This document shows positions 17,454 through 28,008 of a stretch of DNA of 46,844 bases, piece after piece. The DNA comes from a virus (lineage: Duplodnaviria > Caudoviricetes). Within the stretch, counting starts at the first letter, position 1; each line of letters opens with the position of its first letter. Under the pieces are notes generated by a model that did no database searches, was not told the origin of the DNA, and was given only the letters and a program-made list of their open reading frames with translations. The stretch spans positions 1-46,844 of the IMG/VR virus record IMGVR_UViG_3300011416_000016. One strand, given 5' to 3'. The translations under genes were made by a program, and so were the position numbers.

Positions 17454-19183
17454 AGGTCCCCGTCATCACAGGGCCCGAGGTTCGGCAGGCCCCTCTTGGA
17501 ACGCCAGAGATCAGAGTAGCAGCTGGCCCGCTCGCGTTCGGAGCTGGCGTCGCCGCTGGAATCCAGAACGTCGGCGAGGTCGCTCAGGGCGTCGTGATGG
17601 AGCAGAAGCGCGACGCCGACTCTCGCAAGGTCATCGAGATCATGGGCCTCGCGACCGACCTGAACAACGAGACGCTCACGCAGCTCCAGTCGCGCAAGAT
17701 GATGGAGGCGAGGGGCGTAACAGACGAAGCGCGCGGTGCCTTCGAGAAGACCGCGGTCGGCGCTCTCGCGTGGGCCGAGAACGAGACGCAGCGAGACATC
17801 CTCACTCGCGCCCTTACCCAGCAGTCGACAGCGATGCTGCAGAGCGCGCGGTCTCACGAGGTCCAAGAGCTGGACAACTACAACGAGTTCAGCATGGATC
17901 AGGCGATCAAGTCGTCAGAGCAGTCGGTGTCGATCGATCCGCTGAACTACGACCTGGCGCTCGTCTCGAAGGGGAACGCCGCCGCAGCTGTCGCGAAGAG
18001 GTGGGAGGGAAAGGTCGGCGCTGAGCAGCTCGCTCAGCTTCGAGAGGCTGCGGTCTCAAGCGTCACCACGCGACAGCTCGAATCGCTTCTCGCCAACAAC
18101 AGGAACGCCGACTTCCTCGTGCTCTACCCTCAGGTCAAGGGTGAGCTGCGCGGAAAGGACGCGGACAACATGGCGAAGATCGCGTCAGCGACGAGCGACC
18201 TGAACGTCGAGCAGGCGCTGACAGATGTCCTCTTCGCAAAGCATCCAGACGACGAGATTGGCGCGTTGAACGAGGCCAACGCGATGCTCCAGGGTGAGCA
18301 GCAGGACAACGTCATGAACCGGCTCAAGGTCAGGTTCGGTGACGTTGAGAGCGCGGCGAAGAACGTCGAGCAGGCCGACATCGATGCGATCAAGTCTGCC
18401 TATATCAACGGCGGCTACCGCATGGCCGGTATTCCGTCGGACCTAGTTGCCCGCGTTCAGAAGCACAACCCCGAAGTGATCATCGCGATGCGCGACCACG
18501 AGCTTCAGCAGGCGACCAGGACAACCACGGTCAAGACTGATCCAGCGAGCTGGACGCGGTGGGCTTACCTGACCGATGAGCAGAAGCTCGATCCGAAGAA
18601 CGATCCGATCCACTGGGTGAACACCTGGAACGAGTCCGACTACCAGCGCGCTGTGTCGACGGTAGCAGCCCTTCGGGCTGGCAGGGGCCCTGGTGGGAAG
18701 CCGAAAGAGTCCGTGACCGAGGCTGACATCAACAAGGTGATCACGGGAGAGTTCGATCGAGCGTACGGCCCGAACGGAAGAGACAGCGACGCGGACAAGA
18801 AAAGGTTCTCGAACTACGACGGATTCATGCGGAAACAGATCGAGCGTTACCAGGCGAGCAACAAGGGCCTACTCCCGTCCTTCGACGAGCTGCAGAAGCT
18901 GTCGGCGTACGCGCTCGCTGAGGGCAGCAGGGTCGGTCAGGGACGGATCTGGGGAGACAGGAAGGGTCGACGCTTCGAGTCGCTCACCAAGCCCGGTGGT
19001 GAGGAGTTCAGGCCGAACGATCCATCAGCTCCTCAGGACAATCCGATCGATGACGTGATGACTGTGCCAGACGACATCGCACTCAAGATCGCCGATCACT
19101 ACAACACCCGAGGCATCTTCCCGACGAAGCAGCAGATCCTGAACACCTACCGCCGCAGCCTCGGGCTGCCCCCGGTGAAGTAG
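17450..19183 (+). CDS. Ejection protein (T7 gp15-like)
   Basis: 577-aa helical protein between the gp14-like and giant ejection genes; MKVPV N-terminus. Confidence 0.7.
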   Translation: MKVPVITGPEVRQAPLGTPEIRVAAGPLAFGAGVAAGIQNVGEVAQGVVMEQKRDADSRKVIEIMGLATDLNNETLTQLQSRKMMEARGVTDEARGAFEKTAVGALAWAENETQRDILTRALTQQSTAMLQSARSHEVQELDNYNEFSMDQAIKSSEQSVSIDPLNYDLALVSKGNAAAAVAKRWEGKVGAEQLAQLREAAVSSVTTRQLESLLANNRNADFLVLYPQVKGELRGKDADNMAKIASATSDLNVEQALTDVLFAKHPDDEIGALNEANAMLQGEQQDNVMNRLKVRFGDVESAAKNVEQADIDAIKSAYINGGYRMAGIPSDLVARVQKHNPEVIIAMRDHELQQATRTTTVKTDPASWTRWAYLTDEQKLDPKNDPIHWVNTWNESDYQRAVSTVAALRAGRGPGGKPKESVTEADINKVITGEFDRAYGPNGRDSDADKKRFSNYDGFMRKQIERYQASNKGLLPSFDELQKLSAYALAEGSRVGQGRIWGDRKGRRFESLTKPGGEEFRPNDPSAPQDNPIDDVMTVPDDIALKIADHYNTRGIFPTKQQILNTYRRSLGLPPVK

Positions 19184-22100
19184 TGGGCGAGATCGACTAC
19201 GGGCAATTCGTCGACGAAGAGATCGACGAGGCCGCGGCAGGCGCTGGCCCAGACCCAATCGCGGATGCCGTCGAGGCTGACATCGCTGACGCGCAGAACG
19301 AGCTGTGGGCCAACGCGAAGATCGCAGTGCAGACGCCACCCGATAAGTTCGCGAGCCTGTGGAAGACCGGGAGGGCCCTCGGCCTCGACCCCATGACCAT
19401 CCGCGCCGCAGAGGAGCATGCGAAGAACGTAGAGAACTTCAACACGATGGGGCTCACCGACCTAGCCCGAAACAATCCGCGCCTCACCGAGTGGCTCTCG
19501 AAGAGGGACAACATCGCGCTGTCACACGACGACGTGAGCAGCGGGGCTCTCCAGAAGATTGGTGACGCCTGGATGGGCGGTGTCGATCAGGTCAAGCTCT
19601 CCGAGCGTTCGATAGCGCTGATGGGCGCTGGCATGGACCCGACGACAGACGACGCAATCATCGAGTTGAAGAGGAAGATCGAGTCGAGCGCGAAGACGAT
19701 CGACGAGTCGGTGCGTCCTCTCAAGTCGGTGCTGAAGGGCGTCCAGGTTCTTCCAGGCATGGGCACAGCTCTCGGCATCGGCCTCGGCACTGGCGCAGCG
19801 GCTGGAGCCACGGCGGTCGGGAGCGGGGCCTACCCACTCGTTCCGTTCGCGGTAGGTGGCGGCGTTGCGCTCGGCTCAGGGGTCGGTACAGCCCGCCAGG
19901 AGACCGGAGCGGCCTACGTTCAGTACGTCGAGGAAATGAAGGCTCGCGGCGGTCCCGTAGACCTGAGAAGGGCCAAGCTGGCAGCAGAGGCCGTCGGTGC
20001 TATCAACGGCCTGATCGAGGTCGTTGGATTCGGGGCGATGCTCACGTTCCTACCCGGCCTGAAGTTTCTTGTCGGCGGCGAGAAGGTTGTTCTTCAGCAG
20101 TCTCTTCGGAAGCTGGTCGGCGACGCAGTATTGGGTTATGGGAAGCAACTGGTCTCCGAATCGGTCCAAGAGGGAGTTCAGCAGGTCGTGACCGATGTTG
20201 GACAGAACGTCGCACTGAATGACCCGACCGAGTTCGGCGTCGAGATCGAGTCCTTCACGGGGACCGCGGTCGAGAGCCTTGAGGCGTTCATGTTGGCTGG
20301 CGCAGTCGGCTCCGGCGTCAGCCTGCACCAGCAACTGAGGAACCGAGCGGCCGGTGAGGCCAACAAGTCCATCTTTGAGAGGAACGGGAAGATCGTTGCA
20401 GACGCGAAGCTGTCTGCGCGGTCTCCAGAGAAGATCGGAGAGATTGCGGATCTTGCCGTTGAAGGCGGTCACCCGTCGACCGTATACCTGGGCACCGAGG
20501 AGTTCAACACTCTTTTCCAAGACAAGCTCCCTCCAACCGAAGCAGCGGATCAGATCGGAATCGGCAAGGAGTATAGGACCGCGATGCAGGAAGGGTCGGA
20601 CATCGCGATCCCGTTCAAGACGTACGCATCGAGGATTGCGAACAGCAAGTACCACCCACAGATCGCTGGCGATCTCAAGTTCGATCCAGACGACATGACG
20701 GCGCGACAGCAGGAAGAGTTCGACGCCAACATGAAGGACATGAAGAAGGTCGTCGCGGAGATCCGAGACGGTGGAGACAAGCACGTTGACACACCCGCCT
20801 ACGATCTTCGCAAGCGCCAGCTGCTCGACACCGGGCGCGTCTCTGAGCGTGACGCCGACTTCTACGCGCAGCTGCATTCCTGGTTCGTCGACACGATGGG
20901 CGAGCGGACCGGAGAGGACGTGCTGGCCCAGTTCCCGCTCGTCGTTACCGCGACCGATCAAGCTCAGACGGATTTGTCGCAGGACACCAGGGCCGCGATA
21001 GAGACGCCAGAGTTCAGGTCGTGGTTCCAGGGTAGCCAGATCACGTCAGGTGATGGTGCGCCTCTCGTCCTGTACCACGGCACGAGGGCCCAGTTCGACA
21101 CGGCGGCGATCGACACTGAGCACGGAGACCTCGGGCTTCACCTCACCGCAGACCCGAAGGTCGCAGGACTGGTTGTTAGTGCGGATCTTCCTCTGCTCAA
21201 TTCGCGCGTCTACGATAACGAGGCTCCAGCTCGAACGGTGCCCCTGTTCGTGAACATGAAGAACCCGCTTCGTCTTCAAGACAACGGGTTCTGGGGAGCG
21301 AACAACATCATCCCCCAGCTGGAAAAGAGGGGGATGATCGGTAAGGACGCATGGACCGAGTGGCTCATGAAGTACAGGCAGGAGCGCGGCGAGGCCGACG
21401 CCTACGACTACAAAGAGGAGCAGCGACTCGCGCTCCAGGGTCTGATCAAGAGCCTCGGCTACGACGGCATCGTCTACCTGAACAGGCACGAGATCTCCAG
21501 CGCAGAAGGCCAGCCGATACAGGCCTACGATCTGACTCAGAAGTTCGCGACCGACGATCGCTTCCTGCGTCAGCATCCTGAGGCTCGCGACTCCTACATC
21601 GTCTTCGACCAGTCGCAGATGAAGAGCGCGATCGCTAATCGCGGAGCGTTCGATCCGAATGATCCGAGCGTTCTGAACCAGGCCGCCATTCGCGAGCAGG
21701 CCGAAGTCCTCGGTCGCACTATCCGCGAGATCAGGGCCAACATCGGAGACGCTCCGCTTGTTGCTGGCGCGCATCGCGACGGCAAGCCGATGCTCATGGT
21801 CGACGGCAAGGAATTCCTCGAAGCGAATCTCGACGAGGCCGGGGACGGCTGGACAGAGAGCGAGGCCGAGCTTCAGTCCGCAGTAACCGGTGCGTTCAAG
21901 AGCGCGGTCTCTGAGACGGGTCGCGGGCGAGAAGTGGTCGACAGCCTGTCCATGAAGATGGAGCCAAAGCCTGCCGAGTTCTGGGCGCGGGCGCTGACTC
22001 TTCCTAACCGGGCGCGCTACTGGTACGAGATCAGCGCCGAGTATTTCCGCCACGTCTTACCGGACCTCAGCTCGGAAGAACTGTCGCGCTTCATCGATGT

Positions 22101-25100
22101 CGTCGCGGCTACGAGCCCGCAGGCCGACCCGAACCTGAACATCGCGCGAGCCGTTAGTGTGTTCGCTGAGAGCATGGCGCACGTCCCGGTCGCGACGGAC
22201 ATCATCAGCCCGGTCACCGTGGGGGCCGCGCTGTCTGGCGCTGGGCTCGAAGGTCCGAAGGTCAGGTCGTTCTCTGGAACGATGCAGTACGTCCTGGGCC
22301 TCTCGAAGGAACGACCGCTCTCGACGAACGACAGGCAGGTCGCAGCGACGTTCGGTCTGAACGCCGACACTATCGGGAGCAATCCCGTCTTGTACGAGGT
22401 GCTGTCGCGTTTCTACATTAACCTCCGCGACTCGCTTAACGCCAAGCTCCCGAAGGGCGCGGAGCCGTACCAGACCTGGCAGCTCCAGGCGATGGGCTGG
22501 GTTCAGGAGCGTTACGAGAGCGAGCGCCGAGCGGGGGCCGGGAGAGCGACCAGCTCGGACGACTACCAGCAGGCGCTCGGGAAAGTTCTTCAGCGCCTCT
22601 CGAAGGCCGGCGTCAAGATCGATAACGGATCGATTCCAACCGACGTGCTGATGGGCGACGAGATCCCGAACATACTGTCTCGATCTCGCGAGGAATTTCT
22701 CGAGTCTCCGATCGCTACGATCGAGGTGCAAACCCTCCTCACAGAAAGCGGACCGGCCATCAAGGAGGCGGTCGAGCGCGCCAGGACGATCGGCGATCTC
22801 AACTCACTGGGCGAGTTCGACTCGATCACGAAGCGTGCCTTCTCAGGGCTCGGGAAGAGGGGCGGAGGCGAGAGCGCCGCGAGTCTTGCCGAGAAGATCG
22901 CTTCGGTCGTTAAGGGGGACAAGGTACGGATCAGCCGCGTCGTGAACGGGTACGGGACGTACCAGGGAAACGTCGGGGCAAACATCCGACTCCCGATGTC
23001 GGCTCTCAGCGAGGCAGAGCTTGAGACTTTCCTGTCCGTCATCGGAGACGCATGGAAGCAGGGGGCGATGGCGGCGTCTTCGTTTCGTTCCGTGCCGAAC
23101 AACGATCCAAGCGCGAAGCCTTGGCCCGGATTCATCCGGACGTACCAGATCTTCCTTGAGAACCGCGTGTCCCTCAGCAACGGGGAGATTGCCTCGTTCT
23201 CAGAGGCCTTGGGCGGCAACGAGCTGAACGTGAACCCAAACGTCGCGAACGGGATCACGGTCGACATCAACCCAGCTTTCGGCGAGGACGGGCCGGTTGG
23301 TCCGGACCCGCAGATCGTGGTCGAGGCCGCAGAAAAGGTCTTCGGGGCGCACTCTTTTGAGACGTTCCCCAAGAACTACAAATCGACGTATATTGAGCTG
23401 GCTGACTACCCAGCGAAGAGGCAGGCCGATGTCGAAGCAGCGCGAGCCAAAACAGTCGACGCCATCATCGGCAAGTCCGGGCTCGACGCCAACCTCCTTG
23501 CCCGCTACTTGGACACCTCCGCGCCTGCCGCTTCACTCAAGTTTCTCAACCGCGCAGCGTCAGAAGGCGCTCGGGCTGGCAGACGACGAAGTGGTAGTGT
23601 CACTGCCAGCGAACAAGCCCGCGCCGAGAAGCTAAAGCAGTCCTACGTCTCGCGTCTGGCGACTCTCGAATCGCTCAAAGCCGAAGCGGCGAAGATCCTT
23701 TCCGACTACGAACGGACCCTCGTATCGACGTGGAAGCCCAAGGCTGACAAGCGGTTCGAGAGGAGCCAGCGCGGACTGAAGCTCGTCCAGAAGGCCAACA
23801 AGAAGGCCGACGCATCCTACATCGCAGACCCGAGCCCCACGGCTCCGGTGAGCGACAGGTGGACCGCGGATCGTGGCGCGGCTCCTGGCGAAGCCATGAT
23901 GGAGCTGGACGGAGGCGTCGCGGCCATCGTCGAGATCGACGCCGAAGGAGCGATCCAGGGGGTTCAGGCCTACACGTCAGAGGGCGACCCTATCGCCCCG
24001 ATGCGCGATAGCGCGACAGAGGCCGCAGCTGACGCCGAAGCATGGGCCGATTCTCAGACTGAGCTTGAGCAGCCGGTTCGCGGCTCGATCCGCCTGATGT
24101 CTGGCGGTCGCCCCTACATCATCAACATCGGACCAGACGCCGATCTCTCGACGTTCCTGCACGAGACCGGCCACATGTTCATAGACGTGATGGGAAGATT
24201 GTCCTCGAAGGAGGGATCGAACCCGCAGGTCAAGGAGGACTACGAGACCGCCCTGAAGTGGATGGGCTACGAGAGCCACGAGGATCGCGTCGCCTCTCTG
24301 AAGGAGATGCGCGACCCGGCTCTAGACCAAGCTCGCCGTTCCGAGCTGAAGGCTAAAGAGGAGAAGTGGGCCCGAGGCTTCGAGGCCTTCCTCATGGAGG
24401 GCAGAGCGCCTGCGGCTGGGATGATCCGCGCGTTCACTCGCTTCGCTCGTTGGCTCTCCTCGATCTACAAGAAGATCGAAAGCCTCGGTGGCGCGATCCC
24501 TCAGGACATCAAGGACGTGATGTCGCGCATGATCGCGACCGACGAGCAGATCGCTCAGGTCGAAGAGCACGATCGCTACATCCCAATGTTCGCAAACGCC
24601 GCAGAGGCCGGGATGACAGAGGAGAAGTTCAAGGCCTACCAGAACCTCGCGGAAGAGGCGCACTGGGAGGCCTACCGCAACATGGATCTGAAGATCCGCG
24701 CAGAGCAGGAGCGAGAGGGCAAGGCCTGGTGGAAGGAAGAGCGCGCCGCAACTATCGAGCAGGTCACGAAGGACATCGATGCTAAGCCGTCCGTGCAGGC
24801 CTCTCAGTTCCTTCGTGATGGATCGCTCCCTCCAGAGCTTGAGTCGAATCGTGACGTGCTCTCGATCAACGGGGCTCCGCTGAAGGTCTCGACGATCGAG
24901 CTGGACAAGACGTACGAGACCATGTCTCGCGCCATCAAACGCAAGCTAGGTCCCAACGCGACCAGGGCCGTCGGCGGCGTTCATCCAGACTCGATCGCGC
25001 AGATATTCGGCTTCAAGTCTGGCGACGAAATGATTCGCAAGCTGATCAGCGAGGCTCCGCGCTCCAGGCAGATCGTGGCCGAGACCAACAGGCGCATGGC

Positions 25101-27999
25101 GTTGAAGCACGGCGACGTCACGACTGACGGAGCGATGGAGGAGGCCTCACGAGCTGCGGTCCACGAATCAGGCGCTCGCTTGAAGCAGCTCCAAGTGGAG
25201 CTGGACGCCCTGAACCGCAAGGCCGGTCACCGAGTCATTAAGCTCTCGAAGGCGATGCTCTCCGGCTACGCCGACCAGCAGATCGCCAAGGCGACGGTCC
25301 GGTCCGTCGATCCGAACCGCTACCTTCAGTCCGAACGCAAGGCAGCGACCGAGGCGATCAAGGCTGCGGAGAAGGGCAAGTACGACGAGGCCGTCGACTG
25401 GCAGAAGAAGCGGATGATCAACCGCTTCCTCTACAGCGCGGCGGTCGACGCCAAGAAGTCGGCCGATAAGGCGGTGAGCTACATCAAGAAGCAGGACACG
25501 GCGACGAATCGAGGAAAACTTGGCAAGCTCGACACGATCGACCCGGTCACGCAGGAGGTCGTTCATTCTTATCTCGACCAGCAGGACAAGCTCCTCGAAC
25601 GATTCGAGTTCAAGCGAATCTCGGGGAAAGAGTCCCGCGCCCGACAGTCCCTCGCAAAGTGGGTCGAGTCAGAGAGTGCCGCAGGTCGAGATCCCATCAT
25701 CGCGCCGAGGCTGATCGACGAGACCCTCATGACGAACTGGCAGGACATGGCAGTCGATGAGCTTCTCTCGCTCGCCGATGCCGTCCACACAATCAATCAC
25801 CAGGCCGACAGAAAGAACAGGCTGATCGTGTCTGGCAAGGAAGTGATGTTCGATGCCTTCGTCGAGGAGGGCGTCGCCCAGATCCAGCTCAACGGCTCGC
25901 GCAACGGCCCGACACAGGTCAGTGAGAACAACACGACCTGGGCCGAGCGTGCGATCTACGACACGCTTAGGCGCGCCGACTCCGAGCTTGTGCGCCTTCG
26001 TGAGATAGCAAACGAGCTGGACGGTGACGACCCGAACGGCCTGTTCCACCGCATCCTCGTACACCCGTTCGATGACGCGGCCACAGCCGAGCACGAGATG
26101 CAGGTCAGGGTCACCAAGATCATCGATGAAGCGATCCGCGCGTTGCCGAAGAGTCAGCGTGAGCGCCTGTCGAGCCGAGAGACCGTGATGATCCCGAGCA
26201 TCAAGCAGACCGTGCTGTTCTCGGACCTGATCGCGTTCGGTCTCAACATGGGCAACCTGTCGAACCGCTACAAGATGCTGGCCGGGTGGAGTACGTCGCG
26301 CCAGGGCAACATCCCTTGGACTGAAGTCACGATGAGCGAGATGCGCGCTCAGCTCACAGAGGCAGACTGGGACTTCATCCAGAACGTGTGGGATGCGCTC
26401 GAATCCATGTGGCCCGAAGCCTCGGCTCTGGAGAAGAAGCTCACTGGGCTTGCCCCGAAGAAGATTGACCCAGAGCCGTTTACGTTCACGCGACCGGATG
26501 GGACGAGGAAGGATTACAGGGGCGGTTACTACCCGGTGATCTACGACCCGCGCTACAGCGGGCGCAACCTAACGAGCGCCGCGGGCCAGGGGGCTGGGCT
26601 CTACAGCCAGGGGGCCGACCGAGCCGTCACTCCTCACGGACACCTCATCGATCGCATCGAGACGTACGCTCGTCCGATCTCGCTGCAGCTGGAGCGTGTT
26701 CTCGGGAACGTGTCGAGCGTGATCCACGATACGACTCACCGCGAGGCGTTGCTCGAAGCGTGGCGCTTCCTCACCGACCAGCGCATCGCAGACGCGATGG
26801 TGCGTCACGTTGGAGAGGAATACTACCGGATGACCCTGGAGCGGATGCGTCGCATCGCGAACAGTCGAAACCAGCAGTCGAGCTTCATCCAGGGGGTCCA
26901 TCGCGTTCAGGGTGCCGTCAGCGCCTCGATGATGGGCTTCAAGATGTCGGTGGCCCTTCAGAACTTCGCCAACGTGATCCTTGCGAAGCAGGCCGTCGGG
27001 ACAGTCGCCTTCGGAAAGGCAGTGGTCAGATTCGCAACGTCTCCGTTCGATACGATCAATCAGCTCAGCGAGATCTCGGGTGTGTTCCGTCACCGCATGC
27101 AGCAGCGCGACAACGAGCTGCGCCAGGTGTTTGAAGAGAAGATCTCCCTGACGGCGTCGCGCCGGAAAACCATCACGAACAAGGTCATCCGGGTCGGCTA
27201 CCTGATGCAGTCGTTTACGAACATCATCACGGAGGCTCCGGCCTTCCTTGCAGCGTATCAGAACGCTCAGGCCAAGGGCATGACGGATGCCGAGGCCGTG
27301 CGGTCGGCAGAGGACATGCTGCTCTCGACGTTCGGAGGCGGAAGCGTCAAGGATCTCGCTCTCGTTCAGGACACCGAGGCGATGCGCCCGTTCACGATGT
27401 TCTACGGATTCTTCAGCGCGGTCTACAACATGACGCGGCGCACCAGCCGACAGGTGAAGGGCGAGTGGAGATCTGGGAAGCGCGGAGCCGCCACGGCTCA
27501 CGCTCTTGAATACCTGATCTGGAACATCGTCGTGATGAACGTGCTCTCAGAGCTTCTCTCTGGAAGGCCACCGGACGACGACGACCTGGAGAGCCCCGAG
27601 GGTATCGCCGAGTGGGTTGCGATGCGCGGCCTCGCCTACCCGTTCGGGATGGTGCCGTTCGTGCGCGACATCTATCGCGCGATCGACCAGGGAAAGCGTG
27701 ACGTGTCTCTGACCCCACTGTCGAGCGCGATGACAGAGTTCGCTCGCATCGGCCAGGAGGTAGCCAAGGCTGGCATCGATCTGATCGAGTCGGACGAGCT
27801 GGACGAGGATCAGCTTCTCGACGCTGGTTCGACGATTGGGCTTCAAGCCGCGAAGACGGCCGCGATATTCTCCGGGCTGCCGGTGTCGCAGGCTAAGATC
27901 ACGGGGGGCTTCCTGTGGGACTACCTCGTGAACGAAGAGGCACCTGAGAACTGGGCCGAGGGGCTGCACGACCTGCTCTACACCAAGAAAAAGAAGTGA
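19183..27999 (+). CDS. Giant polyvalent ejection protein (gp16 position) with ADP-ribosyltransferase-like, HhH glycosylase-like and zincin domains
   Basis: 2938 aa. FRSWF..S...G.PLVLYHGT...MKNPL...GYDGIV...YIVF..SQMKSA; WYE..AATSP..GPKVRSF..NDR..QLQAMGW; STFLHETGH; YRGGYYPVIYD. Confidence 0.85.
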   Translation: MGEIDYGQFVDEEIDEAAAGAGPDPIADAVEADIADAQNELWANAKIAVQTPPDKFASLWKTGRALGLDPMTIRAAEEHAKNVENFNTMGLTDLARNNPRLTEWLSKRDNIALSHDDVSSGALQKIGDAWMGGVDQVKLSERSIALMGAGMDPTTDDAIIELKRKIESSAKTIDESVRPLKSVLKGVQVLPGMGTALGIGLGTGAAAGATAVGSGAYPLVPFAVGGGVALGSGVGTARQETGAAYVQYVEEMKARGGPVDLRRAKLAAEAVGAINGLIEVVGFGAMLTFLPGLKFLVGGEKVVLQQSLRKLVGDAVLGYGKQLVSESVQEGVQQVVTDVGQNVALNDPTEFGVEIESFTGTAVESLEAFMLAGAVGSGVSLHQQLRNRAAGEANKSIFERNGKIVADAKLSARSPEKIGEIADLAVEGGHPSTVYLGTEEFNTLFQDKLPPTEAADQIGIGKEYRTAMQEGSDIAIPFKTYASRIANSKYHPQIAGDLKFDPDDMTARQQEEFDANMKDMKKVVAEIRDGGDKHVDTPAYDLRKRQLLDTGRVSERDADFYAQLHSWFVDTMGERTGEDVLAQFPLVVTATDQAQTDLSQDTRAAIETPEFRSWFQGSQITSGDGAPLVLYHGTRAQFDTAAIDTEHGDLGLHLTADPKVAGLVVSADLPLLNSRVYDNEAPARTVPLFVNMKNPLRLQDNGFWGANNIIPQLEKRGMIGKDAWTEWLMKYRQERGEADAYDYKEEQRLALQGLIKSLGYDGIVYLNRHEISSAEGQPIQAYDLTQKFATDDRFLRQHPEARDSYIVFDQSQMKSAIANRGAFDPNDPSVLNQAAIREQAEVLGRTIREIRANIGDAPLVAGAHRDGKPMLMVDGKEFLEANLDEAGDGWTESEAELQSAVTGAFKSAVSETGRGREVVDSLSMKMEPKPAEFWARALTLPNRARYWYEISAEYFRHVLPDLSSEELSRFIDVVAATSPQADPNLNIARAVSVFAESMAHVPVATDIISPVTVGAALSGAGLEGPKVRSFSGTMQYVLGLSKERPLSTNDRQVAATFGLNADTIGSNPVLYEVLSRFYINLRDSLNAKLPKGAEPYQTWQLQAMGWVQERYESERRAGAGRATSSDDYQQALGKVLQRLSKAGVKIDNGSIPTDVLMGDEIPNILSRSREEFLESPIATIEVQTLLTESGPAIKEAVERARTIGDLNSLGEFDSITKRAFSGLGKRGGGESAASLAEKIASVVKGDKVRISRVVNGYGTYQGNVGANIRLPMSALSEAELETFLSVIGDAWKQGAMAASSFRSVPNNDPSAKPWPGFIRTYQIFLENRVSLSNGEIASFSEALGGNELNVNPNVANGITVDINPAFGEDGPVGPDPQIVVEAAEKVFGAHSFETFPKNYKSTYIELADYPAKRQADVEAARAKTVDAIIGKSGLDANLLARYLDTSAPAASLKFLNRAASEGARAGRRRSGSVTASEQARAEKLKQSYVSRLATLESLKAEAAKILSDYERTLVSTWKPKADKRFERSQRGLKLVQKANKKADASYIADPSPTAPVSDRWTADRGAAPGEAMMELDGGVAAIVEIDAEGAIQGVQAYTSEGDPIAPMRDSATEAAADAEAWADSQTELEQPVRGSIRLMSGGRPYIINIGPDADLSTFLHETGHMFIDVMGRLSSKEGSNPQVKEDYETALKWMGYESHEDRVASLKEMRDPALDQARRSELKAKEEKWARGFEAFLMEGRAPAAGMIRAFTRFARWLSSIYKKIESLGGAIPQDIKDVMSRMIATDEQIAQVEEHDRYIPMFANAAEAGMTEEKFKAYQNLAEEAHWEAYRNMDLKIRAEQEREGKAWWKEERAATIEQVTKDIDAKPSVQASQFLRDGSLPPELESNRDVLSINGAPLKVSTIELDKTYETMSRAIKRKLGPNATRAVGGVHPDSIAQIFGFKSGDEMIRKLISEAPRSRQIVAETNRRMALKHGDVTTDGAMEEASRAAVHESGARLKQLQVELDALNRKAGHRVIKLSKAMLSGYADQQIAKATVRSVDPNRYLQSERKAATEAIKAAEKGKYDEAVDWQKKRMINRFLYSAAVDAKKSADKAVSYIKKQDTATNRGKLGKLDTIDPVTQEVVHSYLDQQDKLLERFEFKRISGKESRARQSLAKWVESESAAGRDPIIAPRLIDETLMTNWQDMAVDELLSLADAVHTINHQADRKNRLIVSGKEVMFDAFVEEGVAQIQLNGSRNGPTQVSENNTTWAERAIYDTLRRADSELVRLREIANELDGDDPNGLFHRILVHPFDDAATAEHEMQVRVTKIIDEAIRALPKSQRERLSSRETVMIPSIKQTVLFSDLIAFGLNMGNLSNRYKMLAGWSTSRQGNIPWTEVTMSEMRAQLTEADWDFIQNVWDALESMWPEASALEKKLTGLAPKKIDPEPFTFTRPDGTRKDYRGGYYPVIYDPRYSGRNLTSAAGQGAGLYSQGADRAVTPHGHLIDRIETYARPISLQLERVLGNVSSVIHDTTHREALLEAWRFLTDQRIADAMVRHVGEEYYRMTLERMRRIANSRNQQSSFIQGVHRVQGAVSASMMGFKMSVALQNFANVILAKQAVGTVAFGKAVVRFATSPFDTINQLSEISGVFRHRMQQRDNELRQVFEEKISLTASRRKTITNKVIRVGYLMQSFTNIITEAPAFLAAYQNAQAKGMTDAEAVRSAEDMLLSTFGGGSVKDLALVQDTEAMRPFTMFYGFFSAVYNMTRRTSRQVKGEWRSGKRGAATAHALEYLIWNIVVMNVLSELLSGRPPDDDDLESPEGIAEWVAMRGLAYPFGMVPFVRDIYRAIDQGKRDVSLTPLSSAMTEFARIGQEVAKAGIDLIESDELDEDQLLDAGSTIGLQAAKTAAIFSGLPVSQAKITGGFLWDYLVNEEAPENWAEGLHDLLYTKKKK

Positions 28000-28008
28000 G
28001 GAGCTGAG

